Source: Thermodesulfobacteriota bacterium (lineage in GTDB: Bacteria > Desulfobacterota > Desulfobulbia > Desulfobulbales > SURF-16). From it: a stretch of 64,000 nt of DNA. Below are positions 30,331 to 40,135 of this stretch, piece by piece. The notes beneath the pieces are model-generated. The model ran no database searches. It was not told where the DNA came from and worked only from the letters and a program-made list of their open reading frames with translations. The first letter of the stretch is position 1; every line of letters begins with the position of its first letter. The stretch spans positions 1 to 64,000 of the forward strand of contig JBDLIE010000016.1 in assembly GCA_039715015.1 (NCBI GenBank), given 5' to 3'. Made by a program: the position numbers and the translations under genes.

Positions 30331-32208
30331 ATGAGTGCTGAAGAATTTCAATATGACGTCCTGGTAGTCGGGGCCGGCCATGCCGGCTGCGAGGCGGCCC
30401 TGGCTGCGGCCCGCATGGGCTGCCGGACAGCCTGCGTGGTGTCCAATGTCGATGGTATTGGCGCCATGAGTTGCAATCCCGCCATTGGTGGTCTGGCCAA
30501 GGGCCATCTGGTCAAGGAGATTGACGCCCTGGGCGGCGAGATGGCCAAAAATATTGATGCCACGGCCATCCAGTTTCGCAGGCTTAATACCAGTAAGGGC
30601 CCTGCTGTCTGGTCATCCCGGGCCCAGGCTGATCGCCTCCTCTACCGCCTGCGGATGAAGTCGGTGATGGAGAACCAGGACAATCTCGATATCCGCCAGA
30701 GCGTGGTTGATCGGCTGCTTGTTGAGGATGGCTGCATTGCCGGGGTTGTTACCTCCCTGGAAGAGGAGATCCGCTGCCGGACCGTGGTTGTTGTCACGGG
30801 CACTTTTTTAAATGGTCTGATCCATGTCGGCTTAAAGAATTTCCCGGCTGGCCGTATGGGTGATGCCCCGTCAAACTCCCTGCCCCAAAACCTCAAAGAG
30901 TTGGGTTTTAAAATGGGCCGGATGAAAACCGGAACCACTCCCCGTCTTGATGCCACCACCATCGATTATTCAGATCTTGAGGCCCAGCATAGTGATGAGC
31001 CGGCCAATCTCTTTTCATTTTCAAGTAGTGGGGAGCCTATTTTAGAGCAACGGCCCTGTTATATCACCTATACCAATGAAAAGACCCATGAGATTATCAG
31101 GGCGGGTACGGACAGGTCCCCCATGTATACCGGGATCATCGAAGGGATTGGTGCCCGCTATTGCCCTTCGGTGGAAGACAAGGTTATGCGCTTTCCAGAG
31201 AAGCTGCGCCATCAGATATTCCTTGAACCGGAAGGACTCGACACCGTGGAGATCTATCCAAACGGACTGCCCACCAGTCTGCCGGTGGATGTCCAGCTTG
31301 CCATGCTGCGCTCCATAAAGGGGTTGGAAAAGGTCAATATTATCAGGCCCGGTTATGCCATTGAATATGACTATGTGGAGCCCACGCAACTCACCTCCAG
31401 CCTGGAGACCAAGAAAATAAAAGGGCTTTTTCTGGCCGGCCAAATTAACGGTACATCCGGATATGAAGAGGCTGCGGCCCAGGGCCTGATGGCCGGTATC
31501 AATGCCGTGCATTTTTGCCGGGATAAAGAACCCCTGGTGCTCAGCCGCTCCCAGGCCTATATCGGTGTTTTGGTGGATGACCTCATCACCCTGGGAACCA
31601 AGGAGCCCTATCGCCTCTTCACCTCCCGGGCCGAGTATCGCCTCCTGCTTCGGGAGGATAACGCTGATCTGCGCCTCACTGAGATCGGCCATGAGGTCGG
31701 CCTGGTTGATGAACAGACCTACCAACGCTTTGCTGCCAAAAAAAAGGCGATTAACGAGGCGGTGTCTTTGTTAAATAGCACCAGGGTCAGGCCCAAGAAA
31801 GAGGTGAATGCCCGTTTTGCCAAACAGGGTCTTGCTGTGATGAAGCAGGATGCAAGCCTTGCTGAACTTTTACGGCGACCGGAACTCAGCCTTGACGATC
31901 TACCGGCACTTACCGGCATAGAGCTCGACATTGCTGCCGCTGTCAAGATAGAGGTGCAGCTTGAAATTAAATATGAGGGCTATATTAATCGCCAGATGGA
32001 ACAGGTGGCCCGCTTTAAGAAGCTTGAGGATATCCCTCTGCCGTTAGACCTCAACTATACAGGTATAGCGGGTCTTTCCAATGAGGTGGTGGAAAAATTA
32101 AACACCATTAGCCCCCGCTCCCTGGGCCAGGCCTCCCGTATCTCCGGGATAACACCGGCCGCCATTTCCGTCCTCCAAGTCTATTTGAAAAAGGAGGGAC
32201 TTCTGTAG
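30331..32208 (+). CDS. mnmG: tRNA U34 modification enzyme MnmG (GidA)
   Basis: GAGHAGCEAA, SCNPAIGG, RYCPS and GQINGTSGYEEAAAQG. Confidence 0.98.
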   Translation: MSAEEFQYDVLVVGAGHAGCEAALAAARMGCRTACVVSNVDGIGAMSCNPAIGGLAKGHLVKEIDALGGEMAKNIDATAIQFRRLNTSKGPAVWSSRAQADRLLYRLRMKSVMENQDNLDIRQSVVDRLLVEDGCIAGVVTSLEEEIRCRTVVVVTGTFLNGLIHVGLKNFPAGRMGDAPSNSLPQNLKELGFKMGRMKTGTTPRLDATTIDYSDLEAQHSDEPANLFSFSSSGEPILEQRPCYITYTNEKTHEIIRAGTDRSPMYTGIIEGIGARYCPSVEDKVMRFPEKLRHQIFLEPEGLDTVEIYPNGLPTSLPVDVQLAMLRSIKGLEKVNIIRPGYAIEYDYVEPTQLTSSLETKKIKGLFLAGQINGTSGYEEAAAQGLMAGINAVHFCRDKEPLVLSRSQAYIGVLVDDLITLGTKEPYRLFTSRAEYRLLLREDNADLRLTEIGHEVGLVDEQTYQRFAAKKKAINEAVSLLNSTRVRPKKEVNARFAKQGLAVMKQDASLAELLRRPELSLDDLPALTGIELDIAAAVKIEVQLEIKYEGYINRQMEQVARFKKLEDIPLPLDLNYTGIAGLSNEVVEKLNTISPRSLGQASRISGITPAAISVLQVYLKKEGLL

Positions 32209-32253
32209 AAAGGTAATTCCATCGTCAATTTGAAAACAAATCACCTGATCAGG

Positions 32254-32305
32254 CCAACTAAAAACGCCCTTTCTGCTCCTATGCAGAAAGGGCGTTTTTA
32301 GTTGG
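32254..32305. terminator. Bidirectional intrinsic terminator
   Basis: Inverted repeat ccaactaaaaacgccctttctgc / gcagaaagggcgtttttagttgg. Confidence 0.9.
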
Positions 32306-32327
32306 ACCGTTAGAGGGCCAAAGAAGC

Positions 32328-32699
32328 TTATAGTTCGTTGTCTTTCTGGCCCTCAAGTAAGGCGGTCAGCGCGTCGATGTTGTCACGGAGAATGAGGGGC
32401 TGGCCATTAACGGCTTCTGAAGCGGCAGCAAGCTCCTCGGCATTGGCAGCCAGTTGCTGGGTGCCGCGATCCATCTCGGTGACGCCGATGTTGATCTGGC
32501 CGATACCCTGGGATTGCTCGTGGGAAGCTGTGGATATTTCCTCAGTCAGCACGCTGACCTTATGGGAGCCTTCAGTTACCTGTGGGCAGGCTTTCAAGGA
32601 GGCTGAAATCGAGATGGAAGCACCTGGTGTTTGTTGGGTTTGCTTTGGAAATTCGTCTCTTTTCCTGGAGGTGAAAAAAGATGAAAAGAAACTAAGCAA
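32328..32699 (-). pseudogene. Fragment of a methyl-accepting chemotaxis protein (C-terminal helix only)
   Basis: EISTASHEQSQGIGQINIGVTEMDRGTQQLAANAEELAAASE is an MCP C-terminal methylation helix; no hairpin tip or sensor domain. Confidence 0.65.
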
Positions 32700-32702
32700 A
32701 CA

Positions 32703-33530
32703 TCAATCACATCTGCTCTCAAGGAGCTGGTCGAGTTTGCGGGCCAGATAGTTCAGATGGATTTTTTCTTCTTCAGCAAGATGGTGGAAGAGTTTTTTCC
32801 TCTGGGGGTCGTTTTCCTGTCTGGTTAGGCGGGAGTATAGATCATAGGCCTGGGCCTCAAGGAGCATGCCAAGGTCGAGGATGTCCTCCATGTCGTGGAG
32901 GTGCGGGCCGAAATGGGCCATGATTTGGTCACGGTCCATGCCTCCTTCCAGGACGTCCATATCGCTGACATCGGGGATTTCATCACCTGCAGGCAGAAAG
33001 CCGTTGACCAGGCCCGCCTTGTGGCGGTCTTCAAAGGCTGCCATCTTGCGAAGCAGCTCTTTCTCCTCCTCGCCTTCAACCAGGTCCACCATGCCGAGAT
33101 AGAGCTGCTTTAACCCTTCCTCCATGGCATAGGCCATTTTGAAAACATCCTCATAGCCTGTGGCTGTAAAAAACTCCATGCCGACTTCTTCGCCGCCGCC
33201 GGCCCTGGTGCCGTTCCAGGCCTTGATGCCACCGCTGATATTGTAAACTTCTTTGAATCCCTGCCCTTGGAGAAGCTGGCTGGCTGCCTTGGAACGAACA
33301 CCCACGGCACAATAGACCAAGGTAGGTTTGTTGGGGTCGAGTTCGCCTTTACGGGCTACAACCTCCTTAAGAGGGATTAAAATGGCGCCGGGCAGGTGCT
33401 CCTGTTCGTACTCTTTGGGCTGGCGCACATCAAGAAGCTGAAAGGAGTCAATCTTATGGGCCTTGATAAATTCTTTGGCCTTCTCTGTGGTGATGCTTTG
33501 TCCGGGGCTAAAAAGATTTTTCCAGTTCAT
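32703..33530 (-). CDS. Rhodanese + rubrerythrin/ferritin-like fusion protein
   Basis: LDVRQ..EY...HLPGA and YCAVGVRS active loop; then two E...Y...ExxH motifs (EDRH, EKIH). Confidence 0.85.
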   Translation of the reverse strand: MNWKNLFSPGQSITTEKAKEFIKAHKIDSFQLLDVRQPKEYEQEHLPGAILIPLKEVVARKGELDPNKPTLVYCAVGVRSKAASQLLQGQGFKEVYNISGGIKAWNGTRAGGGEEVGMEFFTATGYEDVFKMAYAMEEGLKQLYLGMVDLVEGEEEKELLRKMAAFEDRHKAGLVNGFLPAGDEIPDVSDMDVLEGGMDRDQIMAHFGPHLHDMEDILDLGMLLEAQAYDLYSRLTRQENDPQRKKLFHHLAEEEKIHLNYLARKLDQLLESRCD

Positions 33531-33661
33531 GGTCTCTGCGGAGGTTGAGGATTATTAAGATGTGCTTAAAAAATATACTGATTCCCTTGTCGAGGCGCAA
33601 GTGCGCGGCCTGGTAAGCTCTATATTTATAGCCGTTAGTTTGAAAACATCACGCCATGCAG

Positions 33662-34426
33662 CTAAATTTTTTCAAGCTCAATATCACCCCAGGCACCCAA
33701 AGTTTCATTCTTGACCACCACCACTCCCAAGAGACCAGCAATGTTTTGTGCCACCTCCAGGGTGTGGGCCATGTCGTCATCAGCCTTGAGTTCGTTGCCA
33801 AGGCGAGTGGCTGCGGTGTCGGCCAGGGCAGTATTTGGGGCAAGGACGGTAACCGAGTCCGCCCGGCCAAAGGAAATCGAATGGCCGATGGAGCCGGAGG
33901 AGGTGCAGATGCCCAAGGGCATTTGTTCAGGAGTAATACGAAGCCCGATGCGGTTACTCAGCGGTGACTCTCCAGCATAGATAGCAATCAGGCATTCCTG
34001 GTGGCGCTGGATGAAAATATCACCGCCATTCTCCACCATTACTTCCCTGGTCAGGCCGCTTTCAATGAGGCCACGGCCAACAAACTCGGCAATAGTACCG
34101 GCCACTGCCGCCATGGGCCCCACTTCTGCAGCACGGGCGGCCCCCAGCATGGACTTAAGAAGGGCAGGGGCCAGGTTATCCATGCCAAGGGGGGTCAGGG
34201 AGGTGAGAAACTGGGGATGGTTGGTTGCATAGCGTTCAATCTGGCTGCGGCAGCTCAAAATGAGGTCGTGGGCAGCAGCATGGACATCTTGTTCTGCGAG
34301 AATGTGGAGGTCGGTTTCCTGGACGGTGATCGCCGTCGCCTGGAGAAATCCCTGGTCAACCATGGCGCGGTACGTCCGCTCCTGATATGATAAGGGGTCA
34401 CGTTTTTTAGCTTGTTTTACTGGCAA
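33662..34426 (-). CDS. UPF0280/ApbE-like protein
   Basis: VGPMAAVAG, VENGGDI, ICTSSGSIGHS.SFG.AD and ADTAAT. Confidence 0.88.
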   Translation of the reverse strand: MPVKQAKKRDPLSYQERTYRAMVDQGFLQATAITVQETDLHILAEQDVHAAAHDLILSCRSQIERYATNHPQFLTSLTPLGMDNLAPALLKSMLGAARAAEVGPMAAVAGTIAEFVGRGLIESGLTREVMVENGGDIFIQRHQECLIAIYAGESPLSNRIGLRITPEQMPLGICTSSGSIGHSISFGRADSVTVLAPNTALADTAATRLGNELKADDDMAHTLEVAQNIAGLLGVVVVKNETLGAWGDIELEKI

Positions 34427-34453
34427 AATAGTATGAAGGTGGTCTGAGTTTCC

Positions 34454-35128
34454 ATGTTATGTGGCGAATGTACCGTGCCAACCTCCCAAGATAAAGTGAA
34501 AAGAGCAAGACACCAGCAGGAAATCTGCATTATTTTTAGCCGCTATCCTCGCCCCGGAGCCAGTAAGACCAGGCTGATTCCCCACCTCGGGCCAGAGGGG
34601 GCAGCCGGGCTCCAGCGCCGGATGACCGAAGCTGTGGCAGGGCAGGCAGCCTGCCTGGGGCAGGTCCACGTTGAGCTGGCCATGGCCGGTGCTACTGAGG
34701 ATGAGATGGCTTCCTGGCTTGGAAAGCAATTCCCCTGGCAGCAGCAGGTGGGGGAAGATCTGGGCCAAAGGATGGACTTTGCCTTTGGCCAGGCCTTCAA
34801 ACGCGGTTTTCAACGTGTCGTCATCGTGGGGGCTGATTGTCCAGAGCTCAGTACGGATATGATAACTCAGGCCTTCCAGGAGTTACGGGAAAAAGAGCTT
34901 GTCCTGGGGCCCACCAGTGATGGCGGCTATTATCTCGTTGGTCTTAGGCGTCCTGCGCCCGCGCTCTTTGCCGGCATTTCCTGGGGCAGCGACAGAGTCC
35001 TTGTCCAGACCCTGGCTATCGCCCGTAAGCAAGGATTGCCACCAGCTCTCCTTGCCAAGCTTTCTGATGTGGATCTGCCTGATGATCTCAAAAAACTGCC
35101 TCCCTCACTCCGGGGGGAGCTGTTTTGA
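34454..35128 (+). CDS. DUF2064/TIGR04282-like nucleotidyl/glycosyltransferase
   Basis: RYP.PG.SKTRL, Q.G.DLG.RM, G.DCP, LGP..DGGYYL.G and L.DVD. Confidence 0.85.
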   Translation: MLCGECTVPTSQDKVKRARHQQEICIIFSRYPRPGASKTRLIPHLGPEGAAGLQRRMTEAVAGQAACLGQVHVELAMAGATEDEMASWLGKQFPWQQQVGEDLGQRMDFAFGQAFKRGFQRVVIVGADCPELSTDMITQAFQELREKELVLGPTSDGGYYLVGLRRPAPALFAGISWGSDRVLVQTLAIARKQGLPPALLAKLSDVDLPDDLKKLPPSLRGELF

Positions 35129-35802
35129 GGCGATCTATTTCTATTATCATCCCCACCCTTAATGAAGAAAAAAGGCTGGCCACTACCCTGGCAGCTCTGC
35201 CTGAAAATGTCGAGATTGTGGTGGCTGACGGCGGCAGTAAGGATGCTACCCAGAAAATTGCTGAAGAGTCTGGCGCCATCTTGGTGGTTTCAGCCCCAGG
35301 TAGGGCCAGGCAGATGAATATGGCGGCCCGGCAGGCCAGGGGAGATGTTTTGCTCTTTCTTCATGCCGATACCGTCTTGCCGGAGAATTTTCAGGAGGAG
35401 GTGGAGTCCTGTCTTGACCGACCTGGGGCGGTGGCCGGTGCCTTTCGCTTACAGTTGGTTGGCGATAAGAAGGGGCTTGGCTTAGTGGCCTGGGGGGCAA
35501 ATGTCCGGTCGCGCCTCTTGCAGCTGCCCTATGGCGACCAGGCCCTCTTTATGGAACATCATCTCTTTGCAGAGCTTGGAGGTTTCCCGGAGATGGCTCT
35601 CATGGAAGATTTTATGCTGGTGAGCGCCCTGCGGAAGAAAGGTAAAATTGTTTTATCTGATAAATATGTGGCGAGTTCAGGCCGTAAATGGCAAGAGCGG
35701 GGGCTGGTTCGGACGACATTAGTCAATCAGCTCATAGTTCTCGGCTTTGTTCTTGGCCTGTCGGCCGATTTCCTGGCCCAGCTCTATGGTGTGCGAAAGT
35801 AG
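35125..35802 (+). CDS. TIGR04283-like family-2 glycosyltransferase
   Basis: IIIPTLNEE, DGGS.D, GRARQMN, FLHADT, PYGDQALF and MED. Confidence 0.88.
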   Translation: MRRSISIIIPTLNEEKRLATTLAALPENVEIVVADGGSKDATQKIAEESGAILVVSAPGRARQMNMAARQARGDVLLFLHADTVLPENFQEEVESCLDRPGAVAGAFRLQLVGDKKGLGLVAWGANVRSRLLQLPYGDQALFMEHHLFAELGGFPEMALMEDFMLVSALRKKGKIVLSDKYVASSGRKWQERGLVRTTLVNQLIVLGFVLGLSADFLAQLYGVRK

Positions 35803-36312
35803 GTTGGAGATGGCTGGTTTTTGAGGAACCAGCCTGTCCCGGATGTCATCATCCTTGACCGCAGAAAGGAGAAGGACGCTGGTTTTCTGCAGGTAGGGAT
35901 AGAGGATTGATTTGGTGAAGATGGGGCTTGAGCCGGAGATAAAGGTGGCCAGGCCCATAAAGGCGATGCAGGTAAGAAAGAGGCCCTTGGTGGCGCCGAG
36001 AATGCCGCCCATGGTTTTGTCGAACCAATCAAGAAGGATGAGTTGGGCGACTTTTTTACATCCAAGACCGATAAGAAGGGTCATGAGAAAGACCAGGCAG
36101 AAGATGCCGGCATAGGCCAGCAGAAAGCCAAGCTGTTTGTTGTGGACAAAAGGTGTGACCAGACTTGCTGATTCGCCATACAAATGGCCGGCCACCAAAA
36201 AGGCAAGGACGAGGGCAATAAGCGAGGCAACCTGCCGGATAAAACCGACCCAGATTCCCCGAATAATAAAACCGCCAAGGATAATAAGGGCTATGGCGTC
36301 AAGGGGCGACAT
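35719..36312 (-). CDS. cvpA: CvpA-family membrane protein
   Basis: LD.......RG..GF and DK..GG..GA.KG; 4 TM segments. Confidence 0.85.
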   Translation of the reverse strand: MSPLDAIALIILGGFIIRGIWVGFIRQVASLIALVLAFLVAGHLYGESASLVTPFVHNKQLGFLLAYAGIFCLVFLMTLLIGLGCKKVAQLILLDWFDKTMGGILGATKGLFLTCIAFMGLATFISGSSPIFTKSILYPYLQKTSVLLLSAVKDDDIRDRLVPQKPAISNLLSHTIELGQEIGRQAKNKAENYELID

Positions 36313-36445
36313 CAGCGGATAGGAGGGTGGGGTGAGGATAGGGGCATGGCAGAGACCGGCTAAATGCCTGATAGTTTACATGTTCACGTAATCTTATTAA
36401 GAATTATAGTCAACTTGGTTGAAAGAGACAAGGCTTCATTTCTAG

Positions 36446-37234
36446 GTGGTTTTATTGGCAAAAAATGAAAAAAGATGCCATTTTGGCACTGATGTCACTG
36501 CTGAGATCAGAGAGATTTTCGCCGGTGACTCGGCAACCTGGCCCCAGTCGTGTCTGGTCCTGGTAAAGTTATCAGATCTTGGCGGCGATGAAAACACCCT
36601 GTCCCGGACGGCTGTCAAGGTGTTGACCTCCTCTGAGATGGCCACCTTCCAGGGTTTTCGTTTTTTCCATAGGAGGCGGGAATGGCTGGCTGGACGCCTT
36701 GCTGTCAAGGAGGCGGTGGCTCTCCTTCTTTCTGAACTGCGGAAAGCTCAGCAACATTTTGAGGTTGGCGTTGACGACAAAGGTAAACCCTTTCTGGCAA
36801 CATCCCCTGCTCCTGAAAAGGCCGTTCATCTGGCAATTTCTCATAGCGGCGGCATGGCCCTTGGGCTGGCAAGTCTTGCGCCTTGCGCCCTTGATTTTCA
36901 GGAGATTCGCTCCTCTCTGGCCCGGGTTGAGACGAGATTTGCCAGAGAAGATGAGACAGCACCTCTGCAGCCTTGGTGTTCAGACAGGCTTACGGCCTTA
37001 GGGCTCCTTTGGGCTGGCAAGGAGGCCCTGCGTAAATATGTTGCACTTTGGCCCCTGCTTGGTTTTCTTGAGTCAGATCTTGAGGCGGTGGCAGCCCATG
37101 GCAATGGCTTTCTTTTGTCCTTCCAGCCTCAACCGGGCAAGAGAAGTTTGCCCGCCACCTTGCCAGGGGTTTGGGCTGCCTTATTTGAAGAAAACGCTCT
37201 GGCCATCATCTTGAGCGATAGCGAAAACAGGTAA
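36446..37234 (+). CDS. 4'-phosphopantetheinyl transferase superfamily (Sfp-like) protein
   Basis: WLAGRLAVK, GKP, ISHS, LDFQ and W.GKEA.K; start uncertain. Confidence 0.78.
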   Translation: MVLLAKNEKRCHFGTDVTAEIREIFAGDSATWPQSCLVLVKLSDLGGDENTLSRTAVKVLTSSEMATFQGFRFFHRRREWLAGRLAVKEAVALLLSELRKAQQHFEVGVDDKGKPFLATSPAPEKAVHLAISHSGGMALGLASLAPCALDFQEIRSSLARVETRFAREDETAPLQPWCSDRLTALGLLWAGKEALRKYVALWPLLGFLESDLEAVAAHGNGFLLSFQPQPGKRSLPATLPGVWAALFEENALAIILSDSENR

Positions 37235-37307
37235 CGATTGATGCCACTTTGAAAAGCTCCTTTCTCAAGGCAGCTTTTTTTGTAGAGCGCACTATAAGGG
37301 AATCTTC

Positions 37308-37991
37308 ATGGAAATCTTGAAACAAATCAGCCAGATCCAGCTCTTTAAGGGCCTGAACGAGGAGGAGCTTGGCGAGCTGGCAATGATCCTCGTTGACCAG
37401 GAGATCAAACGCAACCAGCCTATATTCTCGGAAGGTGAAGAGGCCACCGGCCTCTATATTGTGGTGACTGGCTCGGTGAAGATCTATAAGCTCTCCTTTG
37501 ACGGCAAGGAGCAAATTCTCCATATCCTCGGAGCTGGGGAACCTTTTGCCGAGGTGGCTGTTTTCACCGGCTCAACCTATCCGGCCAACGCCATCACCAT
37601 GGAAAAAAGCCGGGTGTTTTTCATCCCTCGTCAGTCTTTTATGGACCTAATTACTCGCTATCCTTCCCTGGCCATGTCCATGCTCGCCACTCTGTCGCTC
37701 AGGCTCCGCCAGTTTGCCGGTATGATTGAATCCCTTTCCCTGAAAGAGGTGCCCGGCCGACTCGCCACCCATCTCCTGCTGCTCAGTGACCAAAATAAGG
37801 GCAAGGCAGAGGTCGAACTGACCATTGCCAAAACCCAGCTTGCCGCCTATCTGGGGACCATACCCGAGACATTGTCGCGCATTCTCTCCAAGCTTGTAAA
37901 GGCGGGCTATGTTGAGAGCAAGGGGGCGATTATCACTATTCTGGATAGGGAAGGACTGCAGGAATTGGCTGAAGGGGCTGTCAAGCTCTAG
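37308..37991 (+). CDS. Crp/Fnr-family transcription regulator
   Basis: cNMP-binding-like domain (IFSEGE, GSVKIYK, FAEVAVF) and HTH LAAYLGTIPETLSR. Confidence 0.92.
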   Translation: MEILKQISQIQLFKGLNEEELGELAMILVDQEIKRNQPIFSEGEEATGLYIVVTGSVKIYKLSFDGKEQILHILGAGEPFAEVAVFTGSTYPANAITMEKSRVFFIPRQSFMDLITRYPSLAMSMLATLSLRLRQFAGMIESLSLKEVPGRLATHLLLLSDQNKGKAEVELTIAKTQLAAYLGTIPETLSRILSKLVKAGYVESKGAIITILDREGLQELAEGAVKL

Positions 37992-38014
37992 GAAGGAGCC
38001 GCAGGGTTAGTGGA

Positions 38015-40135
38015 CTACTGTTCAAGGACAAACTCGTAAACCAGATTGCGTTGCTTATTGAGCTTTTTTAAGAGCTTTTTAAGCTGGTCTAAGGTCTCCA
38101 CATCAAAACGAATCTCCCAGGCGGGCTTGTCGTTTCCGACCCGGCCAGCATAGGACTGAAGCTTGGCAAGGGAAACATCATCCTGGATGGTGCTCAAAGT
38201 TTTAAAGATCATATTTCGTTTATGACCTGCCGGAATATCCAGGGTCTGCTGTTTTTCCAGGCGGGTTTTTTTCAGGTTCCAACGAACCTCCATGATGTCT
38301 TCCCTCTGAATTTTCAGATCCTGCACCCGGGAGCACTCCAGGCGGTGAACTGAAAGACCCCGTTCGCTCAGCAGGCCGTAGAGCCGTTTTTCCGTGGGCA
38401 GGGGGTTGCAGCATCTGGATAACTTGACCCAGGCCGGATCGACGCTGTCGAGCTCAATGGAGTTGAAGGCGCCGGTTGGTGGCATCAGGGTTTGTTTGTC
38501 GGCGTAAAGACCGTTTTTAATTTCATAAATGACCTCTCTGAGCCGCATCTTTCCCTGGCCCAGCTTCGTGAGCAGCTCATCCTTGCTGCCCAGGCCGAAA
38601 TATACAAGGATGTTTCCCATGTTTTGTTCATCGAGGATTGAAGAGGGGATGCCATAGCGCTTCAGTTCCTGATGCAGGATAAGTTCCCCTGTCTCTTTGG
38701 CCAGCTTTTTACGGCGGCTGCGAAAGGTGCGGGCCAGTTCAGCACGGGCTCTGGGAGACTGGCAGAGCTGTTGGATATCAAGGTCGAAATTAACATGTTC
38801 CTTCTGAGTGAGGATGGAGACCCTGTCTCCATCGCGGAGAACAAAAGAAGGATCAACCTCTCCCTGCCTGACCTTGGCGCCAATGCACCGATGGCCAATT
38901 TCAGTGTGGACCTTAAAGGCAAAATCAAGGACCGTGGATTGTCTTGGCAGGCAGATCCGGTCACCCTTGGGGGTGTATGTGTAGATTTCCGTTTTGCCGC
39001 TGGCGGCAATCATGTCTGTGTAGGAAAGATCAACATCGGCACCCATGATGTTGAACATTTCGGTGATTTCCTTCTTGAACCGGGAAGGCACAGCCCGCTT
39101 GGTGTACCAGTCACGAATGATGCCTAGTCTGGCCTGGTCTGCCATCTCCTGGGTGCGGATCTTAAAGAGATAGTTCTGGCCCTTGATATTGGCCCGGACA
39201 TGGAGGGATTGGTAGCCTGTGGGTTTTGGGTTGGCAATAAAGTCGCGCATGGTGCGCGGGATGGGCGGAAAGGTCTGGTTGAGGATGCCCAGGGTGCGGT
39301 AGCAGGTCTGCAGGTCATCGACCACGATATAGATTTCCAGGGGGTTCTCAATGGCGGCAACTAGGCCACCTTCCTGGGGGCGATAGTAGGCCCAGAGCCC
39401 CTTTGACTTGAGACGAATGGAGTTGTGGATCCAGGCCGCCTCAAGTTCCTGGCTCAGGGTCTTGACGATGCCGGCCTCTTCGGTCTGGCGCAATAGGCGG
39501 CGGATGTTGACCATGATCCGTGGACCCTGGCGCGGAAATTTATAGAGCAGGGCCAGGTTATATAATTGTCTCTTTAAGACAAAGACCCCGAGAACACCGG
39601 CCATGGGTGCATAAACGCCGATGGTTTCATCAGAAATCTTCTGGCGTTTATGCTTGGGCATGGAGTCCATAGTCCGCAGATTATGGAGGCGGTCGGCAAG
39701 CTTAACCAGCATCACCTCAAGGTGGGCGGCAGAGCCGGAAAAGAGTTTGCGGTGCACCAGGCTGAGAAAGGTCTTTCTATTGCCCTTGAAATGGCTGATC
39801 TTGGTGCAGCCCTCAACAATGGCCTCCACCTTGGGGCCGAAAAGCTCGCCAACCAGCTCAACAGTGACCTCTTCCACATCCTCCACCGTGTCGTGGAGAA
39901 GGGCGGCGGCCAGGGTCTCCTGGTCGGTGACCCCCAGTTCCTTGGCAAGGATCATGGCCACCATGCAAGGATGGCTAACATAGGCTTCGCCGGACTTGCG
40001 GCGCTGGTCCTGGTGGGCGTCTACGGCAAAAGAGAAAGCCTTCCAGAAGAGACGGGCCTCTTTATTCTCCTGGCCCCCCAGAATTGCCTCCATCTCCTGG
40101 CTGTACCCTGCTATGTCAAAAGAATTTCGCCCCAT
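38015..40135 (-). CDS. Long RelA/SpoT homologue with intact HD domain and degenerate synthetase
   Basis: QRRKSGEAYVSHP, LHDTVED and KLADRLHN; PKPTGYQSLH; TGS domain (DFAFKVHTEIG); CCNP..H..C zinc-finger domain. Confidence 0.88.
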   Translation of the reverse strand: MGRNSFDIAGYSQEMEAILGGQENKEARLFWKAFSFAVDAHQDQRRKSGEAYVSHPCMVAMILAKELGVTDQETLAAALLHDTVEDVEEVTVELVGELFGPKVEAIVEGCTKISHFKGNRKTFLSLVHRKLFSGSAAHLEVMLVKLADRLHNLRTMDSMPKHKRQKISDETIGVYAPMAGVLGVFVLKRQLYNLALLYKFPRQGPRIMVNIRRLLRQTEEAGIVKTLSQELEAAWIHNSIRLKSKGLWAYYRPQEGGLVAAIENPLEIYIVVDDLQTCYRTLGILNQTFPPIPRTMRDFIANPKPTGYQSLHVRANIKGQNYLFKIRTQEMADQARLGIIRDWYTKRAVPSRFKKEITEMFNIMGADVDLSYTDMIAASGKTEIYTYTPKGDRICLPRQSTVLDFAFKVHTEIGHRCIGAKVRQGEVDPSFVLRDGDRVSILTQKEHVNFDLDIQQLCQSPRARAELARTFRSRRKKLAKETGELILHQELKRYGIPSSILDEQNMGNILVYFGLGSKDELLTKLGQGKMRLREVIYEIKNGLYADKQTLMPPTGAFNSIELDSVDPAWVKLSRCCNPLPTEKRLYGLLSERGLSVHRLECSRVQDLKIQREDIMEVRWNLKKTRLEKQQTLDIPAGHKRNMIFKTLSTIQDDVSLAKLQSYAGRVGNDKPAWEIRFDVETLDQLKKLLKKLNKQRNLVYEFVLEQ

